Origin: Thermoanaerobaculia bacterium
GTDB lineage: Bacteria; Acidobacteriota; Thermoanaerobaculia; Gp7-AA8
Length of the DNA stretch: 64,000 nucleotides
Direction of reading: 5' to 3'
Assembly (NCBI GenBank): GCA_017883205.1
Contig: JADGNZ010000035.1
Coordinates: 444 to 64,443 of the forward strand
Below are positions 49,185 through 59,516 of this stretch, one piece after another. Under the pieces are notes generated by a model, which had not been told where the DNA came from, ran no database searches, and saw nothing but the letters and a program-made list of their open reading frames with translations. Position numbers and translations under genes: made by a program. The first letter of the stretch is position 1, and the number at the start of each line of letters is the position of its first letter.

Positions 49185-50297
49185 TTATTCTCTTCGCTCT
49201 ATTTTTTCGAGTAAATCAACGATCTTTTTTGTCGCGTCGGGTGTTGCCAGCGCGCGCGCCGCGCTTCCCATGCGGATCGTCCGCTCGGGATCGCTGATCA
49301 TTCCGGTGATCGCAAACGCCAGACGCTCCGGCGAAAGCTCGCGTTCGGTGATGACCACCGCACCGCCGGCCTGCTCGACGGCGCGCGCGTTCAGTTCCTG
49401 GTGGTTGTCCGTTGCGGCGGCAAACGGAATCAGAATCGCGGCCCGCCCCACCGCAGCTAGCTCGCCGACCGTCATGGCACCGGAGCGCGCCACGGCAAGG
49501 TCCGCTGCCGCAATCTCCGCGACGATCGGATCGAGATACGGCACGACCCGCGCGTTCGGAAACGCCGATGCGCGATATCCCGCCTGAACCTTTTCCAGAT
49601 CGGCCGGTCCGGTCTGATGAACGATGTCGATGCGCTCTCTGAGCGGCGCGAGGAACAGCAGCGCTCCGATCATCGCCTCGTTGATCGTTCGCGATCCCTG
49701 CGAGCCGCCGAAGACCAGGAGGCGTTTGCGGGAGTCGGATTTCGCGGGTCGAATGCTGGAGCCGGCATCGAAGAATTCTTTGCGGATTGGGTTGCCGGTC
49801 ACAACGGCGTCAGGACGTTTCATCCGCGTTGCGGCCGCCTCGAACGCCACCGCGGCGGCCGTGACGATGCGTGCGAGCACGCGATTTGCCAGGCCAGGAA
49901 AGGCGTTGGATTCATGAATCGCCGTCGGCGTTCCACGAAGCTTCGCGGCAAGCAGAACAGGCCCCGACGAGTAACCACCGACGCCCAGAACCACGGTGGG
50001 CCGCTGCTTGCCGATGAGCGAGAAAGCCTGCACGAAGCCGCGCGGCAGCAGGAAGAGGTTGCGAATCGTGTCGCCGAGCCCTTTCCCTTTAAGGCCGCCG
50101 ACGGAGATGAGCTCGAGCGGGAAGCCGGCCTTCGGAACGATCGTCTTCTCCAGACCACGCTCGGTACCGACGAAAACCACGCGCCGTGCAGGACTGCGCG
50201 CAACCCACTCCTGCGCAATCGCAATGGCCGGGTAGATGTGCCCCCCCGTTCCGCCCCCGGCGATCATCAGCATTCCCCGCACACCCTGCACACCCAT
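49185..50297 (-). CDS. murG: Lipid II GlcNAc transferase
   Basis: GGGTGGHIYP, GGY, GNPIR, GGSQG, HQELNA. Confidence 0.96.
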   Translation of the reverse strand: MGVQGVRGMLMIAGGGTGGHIYPAIAIAQEWVARSPARRVVFVGTERGLEKTIVPKAGFPLELISVGGLKGKGLGDTIRNLFLLPRGFVQAFSLIGKQRPTVVLGVGGYSSGPVLLAAKLRGTPTAIHESNAFPGLANRVLARIVTAAAVAFEAAATRMKRPDAVVTGNPIRKEFFDAGSSIRPAKSDSRKRLLVFGGSQGSRTINEAMIGALLFLAPLRERIDIVHQTGPADLEKVQAGYRASAFPNARVVPYLDPIVAEIAAADLAVARSGAMTVGELAAVGRAAILIPFAAATDNHQELNARAVEQAGGAVVITERELSPERLAFAITGMISDPERTIRMGSAARALATPDATKKIVDLLEKIERRE

Positions 50298-50311
50298 GGA
50301 TGAAAGTTCCC

Positions 50312-51412
50312 TCAGCCCGATTGCTGTGACAAGTTCAACAAGATTCCGACTGCGATGAGACTAGTGATCAGCGACGATCCGCCGTAGCTGACGAGCGGCA
50401 GCGGCAACCCTTTCGTTGGCAACAGACAAAGCGCGACGCTGACATTGAGCAGCGCCTGGATGCCGATCATCAGCGTGAAGCCGAGCGCCGCGTAAAAATC
50501 GAAGCGGTTCTGGCTGAAGCGCGTCACACGAAACCCACGCCAGACGAGAAACGCGAAGATCGCCACCAGCGCAAAAGCGCCGATGAAACCGAGCTCCTCG
50601 CCGATGATCGAGAAGATGAAGTCGGTGTGCGGCTCCGGCAGGAAAAAGAGTTTCTGCCGGCCGTTGCCGATGCCCAGGCCACGCAATCCTCCGGTGCCGA
50701 GCGCGATCAACGACTGCATCGCCTGGAACCCTTTTCCCAGCGGATCGGCTTCCGGGTTCAGGAACGTGAATAGCCGGTCGCGCCGGTAGGCAGCGCTCAG
50801 AACCAGCAGCAGGCCCGCGGGAATGATCATCAGAGTGAACGTCACCACCCGCATCCACGAGACACCGGCCGCGAAGATCATCCCCGCCGCCACGAGCACG
50901 AGCGTCGACGCGGTGCCGAAGTCGGGCTCGAGCAGAATCAGCCCCGCGAAGATCGCGACGACGAATACCAGAGGCAGCAGGGTCGAGGTCAACTCGTTGA
51001 TGCGTTCCTCTTTGCGCGCCAGGTATGAAGCGAGAAAAAGGACCAGCGCTGGCTTTGCAAACTCGCTCGGCTGCAGTTGAAAGCGGTGCAGCACGACGAT
51101 CCAGCGATGCGTGCCGTTGATCGGCGTCTGGAAGAGTGCGATCACCAGCGCCGCGAGCACCGCGGCGACGATGCCGTAAATGATCCGCCGGTCGCGCAAC
51201 CGCGCCGCATCGACGTGCATCAGCGTGACCATCACCGCGCTGCCGGCGATGAGCCACACAAGCTGGCGCGTGATGAAATAGTAGGGATTGTCCGACCCCA
51301 CCTTCTGCATCGTGATGATCGCGGACGCGGAGTAGATCATCACCATGCCCACCACGACGATCAGCATCGCCGCGCCGAAGAGGTACGTGTCGTAGGTGAG
51401 TTTGCGGCTCAC
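50312..51412 (-). CDS. ftsW: SEDS peptidoglycan polymerase FtsW
   Basis: RWI, QPSEFAK, PDFG, LPEPHTDFIF, GEELG, SYGGSS. Confidence 0.95.
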   Translation of the reverse strand: MSRKLTYDTYLFGAAMLIVVVGMVMIYSASAIITMQKVGSDNPYYFITRQLVWLIAGSAVMVTLMHVDAARLRDRRIIYGIVAAVLAALVIALFQTPINGTHRWIVVLHRFQLQPSEFAKPALVLFLASYLARKEERINELTSTLLPLVFVVAIFAGLILLEPDFGTASTLVLVAAGMIFAAGVSWMRVVTFTLMIIPAGLLLVLSAAYRRDRLFTFLNPEADPLGKGFQAMQSLIALGTGGLRGLGIGNGRQKLFFLPEPHTDFIFSIIGEELGFIGAFALVAIFAFLVWRGFRVTRFSQNRFDFYAALGFTLMIGIQALLNVSVALCLLPTKGLPLPLVSYGGSSLITSLIAVGILLNLSQQSG

Positions 51413-52725
51413 TTCATCCCCCGAACGAGCTCCTCAAAATGCTCGCCGCGATGTTCGAAGTTTCGGTACTGATCGAAACTTGCACAGGCAGGCGAGAGCA
51501 GGACGACTTCGCCCGGCTTCGCGTTCTCGCGCGCGTAGGCGACGGCATGTTGCATGTCGCCGGAGCTCACGATCGCCGCGGCCCCTTCGAGCGCCGCGGC
51601 AACACGCTCCGCGGCAGCGCCGATCGTGAGCACAGCACGAGTCTTTTCTTTGACGAGATCGCGCATCCGTTCGAACTCACCTGCTTTGTCTTTGCCTCCA
51701 AGGAGCAGCCAAACACTCGATGACGGGAAGGATTCGAGCGACTTGAGCGTGGCATCGACGTTTGTCCCCTTCGAGTCGTTGATCCAGCGGACACCGTCGA
51801 GCTCACGCACGAGAACCATGCGATGTGGCAGACCGGCAAACGATCCGAATGCGATCTGCACGCTGACCTCATCGACGCCGAGCGCCTTGACGGCCAGCCA
51901 CGCGGCAAGCGCGTTCTCGACGTTCGCCGTGCCTTCCAGCTTCAGCGAGGACCGCGGAATCCGGCGCTCCTGGCCATCGACGCGCAAAACGAGATCGCTG
52001 CCATCGAGGAAGGCGCCATCCTCAATTGAATGCGTGGATGAGAAACGCAACAGCCGGCTGACGGAATCGCGAGGCTGTGCGCGTCGGTCAGCGGCATTGA
52101 CGATGGCGACATCGTGCGCCTGCTGATTGCGGAAGATTCGGTACTTCGCAGCGGCGTACGCGTCGAAACTAGGATAGCGATCCATGTGATCGGGCGTGAC
52201 ATTGAGCAGGAGCGCCACGTTTGCGTGGAAGGTGTCGACACTCTCCAGCTGGAACGATGACAGCTCGAGCACATACGTCCTCGGCTTATCCAAGTCGAGC
52301 GCGGCAATGAACGGCTCGCCAATGTTGCCGGCCACGATCGGCTGCAGTCCGGCCACCTTGAGAATCTCTCCGATCAGCATCGTCGTGGTCGATTTCCCAT
52401 TCGACCCCGTTACCGCGACGATCCTGCTTCCTCGGGGCACATACCGATACGCAAGCTCGATCTCACCGACAACGGGAATCGCGCCCTTCTGCGACAAGAG
52501 AGGAATCGTCGCCGGCACACCCGGGCTCAGGACGATCATCCCAATTCCATCGAGCAAGCCACTATCGTCGCGTCCGAACTCTCGCTTGACCGAGGAGTGC
52601 AGGGGATACGGAAGCTCAGGATCGGCTTTCGCGTCGGTGATCGACACGTCTTCGCCGCGCGCAGCAAGAAAATTCGCTGCAGCCACGCCTGACTTGCCGG
52701 CTCCAATGATGAGGGTTCTGGTCAT
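51409..52725 (-). CDS. murD: UDP-MurNAc-L-Ala--D-Glu ligase
   Basis: TGSNGKSTT, GNIG, ELSSFQL, NDSKGTN, SPACASFD. Confidence 0.96.
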   Translation of the reverse strand: MTRTLIIGAGKSGVAAANFLAARGEDVSITDAKADPELPYPLHSSVKREFGRDDSGLLDGIGMIVLSPGVPATIPLLSQKGAIPVVGEIELAYRYVPRGSRIVAVTGSNGKSTTTMLIGEILKVAGLQPIVAGNIGEPFIAALDLDKPRTYVLELSSFQLESVDTFHANVALLLNVTPDHMDRYPSFDAYAAAKYRIFRNQQAHDVAIVNAADRRAQPRDSVSRLLRFSSTHSIEDGAFLDGSDLVLRVDGQERRIPRSSLKLEGTANVENALAAWLAVKALGVDEVSVQIAFGSFAGLPHRMVLVRELDGVRWINDSKGTNVDATLKSLESFPSSSVWLLLGGKDKAGEFERMRDLVKEKTRAVLTIGAAAERVAAALEGAAAIVSSGDMQHAVAYARENAKPGEVVLLSPACASFDQYRNFEHRGEHFEELVRGMK

Positions 52726-52738
52726 GTGCTCGGTTTTC

Positions 52739-52934
52739 GTTTTCGAGAGATCAGAGACAAGAGATCAGAGATCGGAAAAAAACCGCCGCGATCTCCTGAT
52801 CTCTGATCTCTAATCCCTTGTCTCTGCTCTTCTCACGTTTTCCAGAGATCAGAGACAAGAGATCAGAGATCAGGAAAAACCTGCCACGATCTCCTGATCT
52901 CTGATCTCTAATCCCTTGTCTCTGCTTTTCTCAC
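52739..52934. repeat. Tandem duplication (2 x 98 bp) of a GAGATCA-heptamer hairpin
   Basis: Copies at 52739-52836 and 52837-52934 are nearly identical; the second contains the mraY stop. Confidence 0.92.
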
Positions 52935-54019
52935 CTCAACTTCAACGTCGACAGCGAAATCAGCGCGAAGATGATGGCGATGATCCAGAAGCGGACCACG
53001 ACCTTCGTCTCACGCCATCCCGAAAGCTCGAAATGGTGATGCAACGGCGACATCTTGAAAATGCGCCGTCCCGTTAACTTGAACGAGGCGACCTGCAGCA
53101 CGACGGACATTCCTTCGAGCACGAAGAGACCGCCGACGAGGCCGAGGAGAATTTCCTGTTTGATCATCACGGCCAGGCAGCCGATGGCACCGCCGAGCGC
53201 GAGCGAGCCGACATCGCCCATGAAAATCTCCGCGGGGTGAGCGTTGAACCATAGAAATCCGAGTGACGCGCCGACCATCGCCCCGCAGAACACGGCCAGC
53301 TCCGCGGCCTGAGGCACCCATGCGATGCGCAGGTAATCGGCGACGCGGAAGTTGCCGGCGGCGTACGTGAGGATCGTGTAAGTCACGGCCACGATCAGCG
53401 TCGATCCGATGGCCAGGCCATCGAGGCCGTCGGTGAGATTCACGCCGTTGGATGCGCCGACGAGGACGACGATGATGAACGGGATGTACAAAAAGCCGAG
53501 GTTCAGGTGGAGCATCTTGAAGAATGGGAAGGTAAGGACGGTCGAGTAGTTGTTGTGAATCGACGGCAGGTAGGCGATGGCCAGCCCCGCGGCAAGCGCG
53601 ACGCCGATCTGCATCGAGAACTTTTCTCTCGCCGTCAAGCCCTCGTTCTTCTTCTTGATCAGCTTGCGGTAGTCATCGACGAATCCGATCACGCCGTACG
53701 CGAAGGTGACGAAGAGAATGATCCAGATATAGGGATTGAGAATGTCGGCCCACAGGATCGTGGGAATGATGATGGCGACGTTGATGAGAATGCCGCCCAT
53801 CGTCGGCGTGCCGGCTTTCTGTTGATGCGACTTCGGTCCTTCTTCGCGAATGTACTGGCCGAGCTTGATGCGCCGCATCCGCTCGATCAGCCACGGGCCG
53901 AAGATGAACGAAATGATCAGCGCCGTGAGCGCCGCCCACGCCGACCGGAACGTGATGTAGCGGAAGACGTTGAAGCCGGAAATCATGTTCCGGAGCGGGT
54001 AGAGCAGGTAGTACAACAT
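52931..54019 (-). CDS. mraY: Phospho-MurNAc-pentapeptide transferase
   Basis: KAGTPTMGG, DDY, NLTDGLDGL, FMGDVGS, PLHHHFE. Confidence 0.97.
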   Translation of the reverse strand: MLYYLLYPLRNMISGFNVFRYITFRSAWAALTALIISFIFGPWLIERMRRIKLGQYIREEGPKSHQQKAGTPTMGGILINVAIIIPTILWADILNPYIWIILFVTFAYGVIGFVDDYRKLIKKKNEGLTAREKFSMQIGVALAAGLAIAYLPSIHNNYSTVLTFPFFKMLHLNLGFLYIPFIIVVLVGASNGVNLTDGLDGLAIGSTLIVAVTYTILTYAAGNFRVADYLRIAWVPQAAELAVFCGAMVGASLGFLWFNAHPAEIFMGDVGSLALGGAIGCLAVMIKQEILLGLVGGLFVLEGMSVVLQVASFKLTGRRIFKMSPLHHHFELSGWRETKVVVRFWIIAIIFALISLSTLKLR

Positions 54020-55410
54020 TAGTGCGCGCCCTCCGCGGTGGTCGAGTTGGTCAGCAGGTTGACGGTGCGGTCGAGGCCGATCCCGCGGCTGGCTTTGATC
54101 AGCACGAGATCGCCCGGACGGATGAAAGTCTTCAGAAACTCGGCGGCGCCCGACGCGTCATCGAAGTGATGGCAGTTTCCGTTGCGGAAGCCTGCTTCGG
54201 CGGCCCCTTCGAGCAGAGCACGCGAGCGCTTGCCGACGCCGATGACGACGTCGATGCTCCTGGGAATGGCCCGTCCAGCCTCGCGGTGGTAGTCGAGCTC
54301 TTTGTCGCCCAGCTCGAGCATGTCGCCGATCACGGCGATGCGCCTGCTGGTGACGTCGGCCTGCTCCATCAATGTCAAAGCTCGGCCGAGGGCGTACGGG
54401 TTCGAGTTGTAGGAGTCGTCGTAAATCGTCGCACCGCCTACATCGAGGATGATGCCGCGATGCGAAGCGGGGCGTAGTTCGTGAACACCGCGCTCGATCC
54501 CTTCCCACGAGATGCCGATGGCTCGCGCTGTGGCGATGGCGGCGAGGAGATTCTCCAGATTGTGCCGGCCGGGAAGTGACAGCGCAAAGGAATGACCGGC
54601 GACTTCGAACGACGTCCCGAGAAGGCCGCGCTCGCGGATGTTCAGGCCGCGGAAATCGGCTTCGTGATCGATGCCGTACGTCATCTTGCGGCCTTCGAAA
54701 CCGCGGCTGATGTCCATCACGTACGGGTTGTCGGCGTTGAGAATGATCGTCCCGCCCGGCTTGACGTTCTCGAGCAGCTCGCGCTTCGCTTCGGCAATCT
54801 TCTCGATCGTGCCGAAGAACTCGATGTGCACGGGACCGATGTTCGTGTAGACGCCGACGTCGGGATGGAGAAGCCCGGCGAGCTGCGCGATCTCTCCCTT
54901 GTGATTCATCCCCATCTCGCTGACGACGACTTCGACATCATCGGGCGTGTTGTCAATGCACAGCGGGCATCCGATCAGATTGTTGAAATTGCCCCACGAC
55001 TTGAACGTGCGGCGTTCGGAAGCGACAAGCGCGGCGATCATCTCCTTCGTCGTGGTCTTTCCCGCCGAACCGGTGATGGCGATGAGCGTGAATGGATAAC
55101 GCTCGCGGATGGATCGCGCCAGGCCCTGCAGCGCAATCGTCGTGTCGGCAACGCGGACGATTCCCTTGCCGGCAAGCACGCTCGCAGGCACGTTCTCAGG
55201 AACATTCGAAACGACCGCACCGCGCGCGGTGGTCAGCGCCTGCGCAAGAAACTGATGGCCGTCAAGCCGTTCGCCGGTGATGGCGAAGAAGACGGAATCG
55301 CCCTTCGCTTCGCGGCTGTCGATAACGACAGAATCGATGGCGACGTCGCCGCCCTGAACGAGCGCGCCTCCCGTCATCTCCGCGATCTGGCGGAAGGTCA
55401 AGTGAGGCAT
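54019..55410 (-). CDS. murF: UDP-MurNAc-tripeptide--D-Ala-D-Ala ligase
   Basis: DSR, DGH, TGSAGKTTTKE, EMGM, DSYNSNP, GDMLELG, KASRG; start MPHLT after ggagg. Confidence 0.95.
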   Translation of the reverse strand: MPHLTFRQIAEMTGGALVQGGDVAIDSVVIDSREAKGDSVFFAITGERLDGHQFLAQALTTARGAVVSNVPENVPASVLAGKGIVRVADTTIALQGLARSIRERYPFTLIAITGSAGKTTTKEMIAALVASERRTFKSWGNFNNLIGCPLCIDNTPDDVEVVVSEMGMNHKGEIAQLAGLLHPDVGVYTNIGPVHIEFFGTIEKIAEAKRELLENVKPGGTIILNADNPYVMDISRGFEGRKMTYGIDHEADFRGLNIRERGLLGTSFEVAGHSFALSLPGRHNLENLLAAIATARAIGISWEGIERGVHELRPASHRGIILDVGGATIYDDSYNSNPYALGRALTLMEQADVTSRRIAVIGDMLELGDKELDYHREAGRAIPRSIDVVIGVGKRSRALLEGAAEAGFRNGNCHHFDDASGAAEFLKTFIRPGDLVLIKASRGIGLDRTVNLLTNSTTAEGAH

Positions 55411-55420
55411 GAATGCCTCC

Positions 55421-55527
55421 GGGGGTGGGGAGTGGGGAGTAGGGAGTGGGAGTTTAAGCGCCGCTGGGAGTAAGCAGGCGAAGTGGGGATCAAATCTCCC
55501 ACACCCCACACCCCACTCCCCACTCCC
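55421..55527. repeat. GGGGAGT heptamer hairpin upstream of murF
   Basis: gggggtggggagtggggagtagggagtgggag ... ctcccacaccccacaccccactccccactccc. Confidence 0.88.
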
Positions 55528-55667
55528 AAAACCGCGCTCTCTTCCGGCTCCGCCGCGCCAACCCGATCGCGGCCCTTCCCCCGAAGCTGCCCGACGATCG
55601 CCAACCATCCACCCGCACAGAAGGCAATCGACGGAGCCGGAACAGAGCACCTGTCTGACGTCGCTAA

Positions 55668-55697
55668 ATGATAAGACGAATTGATCATTGATTTCAA
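55668..55697 (-). promoter_or_regulatory. Putative internal sigma70 promoter between murE and murF
   Basis: TTGAAA-N18-TATCAT in an AT-rich patch. Confidence 0.6.
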
Positions 55698-55699
55698 CA

Positions 55700-57199
55700 C
55701 TAATTTGATGTCGATTTAAATGCTTCGTTTTTGTGGCTCGTTTTCGGCCGCTTCGCTTGCAAGGCGCGCTCCGCTTCCTCGCGGTCGTCGAAGTGGATGA
55801 CCTGATCGCCCACGACCTGGTACGACTCGTGGCCCTTGCCGGCGATGACGATGACATCGCTGTCGGATGCGTTCGCGATCGTGCGCGCGATGGCCTCGCG
55901 CCGGTCGGTGATGCGCTCGTAGTTCGACGCGCCCTTCATTCCTGCCTCGATTCCGTCGAGAATCGCTTCAGGTTTTTCGCTGCGCGGGTTGTCGCTCGTC
56001 AGGACGGCGCGGTCAGCGAGACGCGCCGCGATCGCGCCCATCTTCGCGCGCTTGTCTTTGTCGCGGTCGCCGCCACAGCCGAAAACCACGACCACGCGCC
56101 GGCCACCCGCGAGATCACGCACAGCGTGAAGCAACTTCTCCAACGCGTCGGGTTTGTGGGCGTAATCGACGATCACGGTTGGGCCGCCGTCGTTTTCTAC
56201 GTACTCGAATCGGCCGCGGACCGTGCCAAGGTTGCGAATCCCGGCCTCGATCGTCGGGATGTCGATACCCACCGCCAGCGCCGCGCCGATGGCACCGAGC
56301 CAGTTGGAGAGGTTCGGAGCGCCGAGGAGGCGGGACGCAACCTTGATATTGCCGGCCGGAGTGTGCACGACGCCATGGAGCCCGCGCACAGACGTCTCGA
56401 AATCATCCGACGGGCGAATGTCCGCATTAACATCGCGGCCAAACGTGACCACGCAGTCGCCGAGCTCGTTCGCCAGCCGCCGTCCGTATTCGTCGTCGAT
56501 GTTGACGATCGCTGACTTGCGTGACCGGTCGATCTGATCGAACAGAATCCGCTTCGCCGCGAAGTAGTACTCGAAGTCTTTGTGAAAATCGAAGTGATCC
56601 TGCGTGAGGTTCGTGAAGACGGCCGCGCTGAAATGCATGCCGAAGGTTCGCTTCAGAGCGAGCGCGTGCGACGACACTTCCATCACCGCGTTGCGGACGC
56701 CGGCGTCGACCATCTTGGCCAGCCACTGCTGCAGAACGACAGCGTCAGGCGTCGTGCGGTCGGCGGTGAGCCGCTCCTCGCCGGCGCGGTATTCAATCGT
56801 GCCGACGAGTCCGACCGGTCCACCCGCGGCGTCGAAGACCGACTCGATCATCTTCGTCGTGGTCGTTTTTCCCGAGGTGCCGGTCACGCCGACGAGCGTG
56901 AGGTGTTCGGCGGGGCGGCCGTAGAAGTTAGCAGCGATCGTCGAGAGGGCGGCCCGGGCGTCATCGACTTCGACCAGCACCGGGGCATTTGCCGTCGCTT
57001 CGCTGACAACCGCCGTCGCTCCCTTGCTGAGCGCCGATTCGATGAAGCGAGCACCGTCGGTCTTGAATCCCGGAACTGCGACGAAGAGCGATCCCGCGCC
57101 GGCGAGCCGTGAGTCCGCAGTCACACTTGCGATCTCGATGTCCAAAACACCGCGGCTCGTACGCACGTCCACATCGCGCAACAGTTCGCGCAGTTTCAT
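55700..57199 (-). CDS. murE: UDP-MurNAc-dipeptide--diaminopimelate ligase
   Basis: TGTSGKTT, TTP, MEVSSH, DYAH, GCGGDRD, DNPR (mDAP type), AGKGHE. Confidence 0.96.
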   Translation of the reverse strand: MKLRELLRDVDVRTSRGVLDIEIASVTADSRLAGAGSLFVAVPGFKTDGARFIESALSKGATAVVSEATANAPVLVEVDDARAALSTIAANFYGRPAEHLTLVGVTGTSGKTTTTKMIESVFDAAGGPVGLVGTIEYRAGEERLTADRTTPDAVVLQQWLAKMVDAGVRNAVMEVSSHALALKRTFGMHFSAAVFTNLTQDHFDFHKDFEYYFAAKRILFDQIDRSRKSAIVNIDDEYGRRLANELGDCVVTFGRDVNADIRPSDDFETSVRGLHGVVHTPAGNIKVASRLLGAPNLSNWLGAIGAALAVGIDIPTIEAGIRNLGTVRGRFEYVENDGGPTVIVDYAHKPDALEKLLHAVRDLAGGRRVVVVFGCGGDRDKDKRAKMGAIAARLADRAVLTSDNPRSEKPEAILDGIEAGMKGASNYERITDRREAIARTIANASDSDVIVIAGKGHESYQVVGDQVIHFDDREEAERALQAKRPKTSHKNEAFKSTSN

Positions 57200-59130
57200 C
57201 GCGCTCCCTCCGCAAGAGTGAGCACGACCTGATGATCGATCGGCAGGGCTTCGCCGGGCATGGGTTGTTGTGTTTGGACCACTCCGCTCCCCGAGGCGCG
57301 AATCCGGAAGCCTGCTGCCGTGGCGCGGGCCAAGGCTGCTCGAGCGTCGAGGCCGCGCAGATCAGGCACTGCCGATCCCGCTGTTGTCGAAGGCTTTTGC
57401 GAAAACGTGGCCAGCGTCGGAGCGGAAACGTCGATGGTCCGCGCCGGGATGGAGGGAGGAACGCCGAGGTATCGGAGCGTCGACTCGGCGATCTCTTTGA
57501 AGGCGGGGGCGGCCACCGTGCCGCCGTACTCCTCCCCCTTCGGCTCATCGACCATGACCAGGATGACCAGGCGCGGGCGGTCCGCGGGAACGTAACCTGC
57601 GAACGACACGAACACCTTGTCTTGCGAGTAGCCTCCCCGCACCGCCTTCTGTGCCGTGCCCGTCTTGCCCGCGACAACATGCTCCGCAAGCGCCGCGCGC
57701 ATGCCCGTTCCTCTGGAGACGACCGACTTGAGAATCTCGTTCAGAACAGCAGCGGTCTTTTCGGAGATGACGCGCACCGGCGCGGCGACGGGCGGCAGAT
57801 CGACGATGTTTCCGTTGGCGTCGGTGACCTTGTCGATGATGCGAGGCTGCACGCGGAGGCCGCCATTCGCAACCGCGGCCATGGCGCTGACGACTTGCAG
57901 TGGCGTCACGCTGACTTCCTGCCCGATCGAAAGCGAGGCATTGGAAAGCTGCGACCACTGTTCGGTGCGCCGCACGCGTCCCGAGGCCTCACCGGGAAGC
58001 GCGATCCCGCTTCGTTCTCCAAATCCGAAGCGCCGGATGTAGCGATAGAAACGGTCCGGTCCCAACACCAGACCGACCCGGATCGCGCCGACGTTCGACG
58101 AGTGCGTCATGACGTCTTCGAACGTGATGAGCCCGTAACGATTGTGGCCGTGCTCGTGGATCTGCGTGGAGCCGATCTGAATGTAACCATCCGCGCAGTC
58201 GATGATCTGCGACGGTGTCACTACGCCTTCTTCGAGTCCCGCGGACGCGGTCACGATTTTGAATGTCGAGCCGGGCTCGTAGGTGTCCTGCACGGCGCGG
58301 TTCTTTCGCGCGTCAGGCGGAAAATCGGGGAACCGATTCGGATCGAACGATGGATTGGAAGCCATCGCCAGAATGCGGCCATCGCGCGGATCCATGACGA
58401 TGGCCACACCGTCGAGCGCGTGATACTGGTCGACGACCCGGCCAAGCGCGCGTTCGGCGATGAACTGCACCACAGAGTCGATCGTGAGGTAGACGTCCTT
58501 GCCGTCGATCGGCCGGTTCGGCCCTTCACCGCCGACCTGGTACATACCGCGCCGCGCGTCGCGCAACAATGTGATGCGGCCAGCCCGTCCGCGAACCTGC
58601 GCGTCGAACGAGTGCTCGATACCGCCAAGACCTTCGCCGTCGAGCCCGACGTATCCGACGACATTCGCTGCCAGCATTCCGCGCGGATAGGAGCGCCGAT
58701 GTTCTTCGAGGTAGTAGATGCCGGGAAGGCGGAGCGCTTTCACCGCAGCGCTGACTTCGAGCGGCAGTTGGCGCGCGATCCAGACGAAACCACCGCCGGA
58801 ATCCAGCTTCGTGTTCAGCTCCGCTGCGCTCATGTGCAACGCGGCAACGCTGGCCAGCGCCTTCGCAGTTTGCGCGGGATCGCCGATGGCTTGCGGATCG
58901 GCATAGATCGATTCGGCGGCAACGCTCTCCGCGAGGACGCGCTGCCGGCTGTCGAAGATCGAGCCGCGCACGGGCTGAAGAGCGAGCGTCCTCTCCTGCT
59001 GTCGTTGCGCTTTGACCACGTAGTCACCGTGGCGCACGAGCTGGACCTGCGCCAGACGGGCGATCACGATCAACGCCCATGCGGCGAGGAAGGCGAAGAG
59101 CTGCAGGAGACGCTTTTGCGAGACTGGCAT
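57196..59130 (-). CDS. ftsI: Division transpeptidase FtsI/PBP3 with PASTA domain
   Basis: EPGSTFK, SSN, KTGTAQK; C-terminal VPDLRG..GSGVV.TQ.P.PG. Confidence 0.93.
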   Translation of the reverse strand: MPVSQKRLLQLFAFLAAWALIVIARLAQVQLVRHGDYVVKAQRQQERTLALQPVRGSIFDSRQRVLAESVAAESIYADPQAIGDPAQTAKALASVAALHMSAAELNTKLDSGGGFVWIARQLPLEVSAAVKALRLPGIYYLEEHRRSYPRGMLAANVVGYVGLDGEGLGGIEHSFDAQVRGRAGRITLLRDARRGMYQVGGEGPNRPIDGKDVYLTIDSVVQFIAERALGRVVDQYHALDGVAIVMDPRDGRILAMASNPSFDPNRFPDFPPDARKNRAVQDTYEPGSTFKIVTASAGLEEGVVTPSQIIDCADGYIQIGSTQIHEHGHNRYGLITFEDVMTHSSNVGAIRVGLVLGPDRFYRYIRRFGFGERSGIALPGEASGRVRRTEQWSQLSNASLSIGQEVSVTPLQVVSAMAAVANGGLRVQPRIIDKVTDANGNIVDLPPVAAPVRVISEKTAAVLNEILKSVVSRGTGMRAALAEHVVAGKTGTAQKAVRGGYSQDKVFVSFAGYVPADRPRLVILVMVDEPKGEEYGGTVAAPAFKEIAESTLRYLGVPPSIPARTIDVSAPTLATFSQKPSTTAGSAVPDLRGLDARAALARATAAGFRIRASGSGVVQTQQPMPGEALPIDHQVVLTLAEGAR

Positions 59131-59516
59131 CAGCGGGAACCTGCGGGGGTGGGTTGTGGGGGGTGGGGAGTGGGAGCAGAATCCGGCGGCGGTGACTGGA
59201 CCATCACGACCACGCGCGGATCGGTGTGCTGGAAACCGAGCTCCGTGGCGCGCTGTTCGACGGCGCCGAGCGAGGTGCGACGATCGAGCTCGAGCTGCAG
59301 CGCACGGTTCGCGTTCTCGATCTCCTGTTTCTTCTTCTGCAGGCGCGTCGCTTCGTGTCCGAGACGAATCACCTCGAGGTTCTGCCAGGTGAAGAGCAGG
59401 AGGAAAAGTCCGATCGGAACTCCCAGGCCAAGAACGGCAAGCAGCTCACGGAAGCGCTTGCGGTCGCGCTCGCGAACGATGTGGGAGTTTTCGATCGATT
59501 TCTTCTGCGCGTACAT
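59130..59516 (-). CDS. ftsL: Cell division protein FtsL
   Basis: TM plus coiled coil, VEQRATELG; lies between rsmH and ftsI. Confidence 0.85.
   Translation of the reverse strand: MYAQKKSIENSHIVRERDRKRFRELLAVLGLGVPIGLFLLLFTWQNLEVIRLGHEATRLQKKKQEIENANRALQLELDRRTSLGAVEQRATELGFQHTDPRVVVMVQSPPPDSAPTPHPPQPTPAGSR

Noticed and set aside
55411-55857. Long N-terminal extension of MurF in the ORF track (likewise ORFs starting at 815, 2809, 9151, 14802)
   Set aside because: The extensions run through stop-free intergenic repeats; downstream starts match the family N-termini and RBS or -10 signals.
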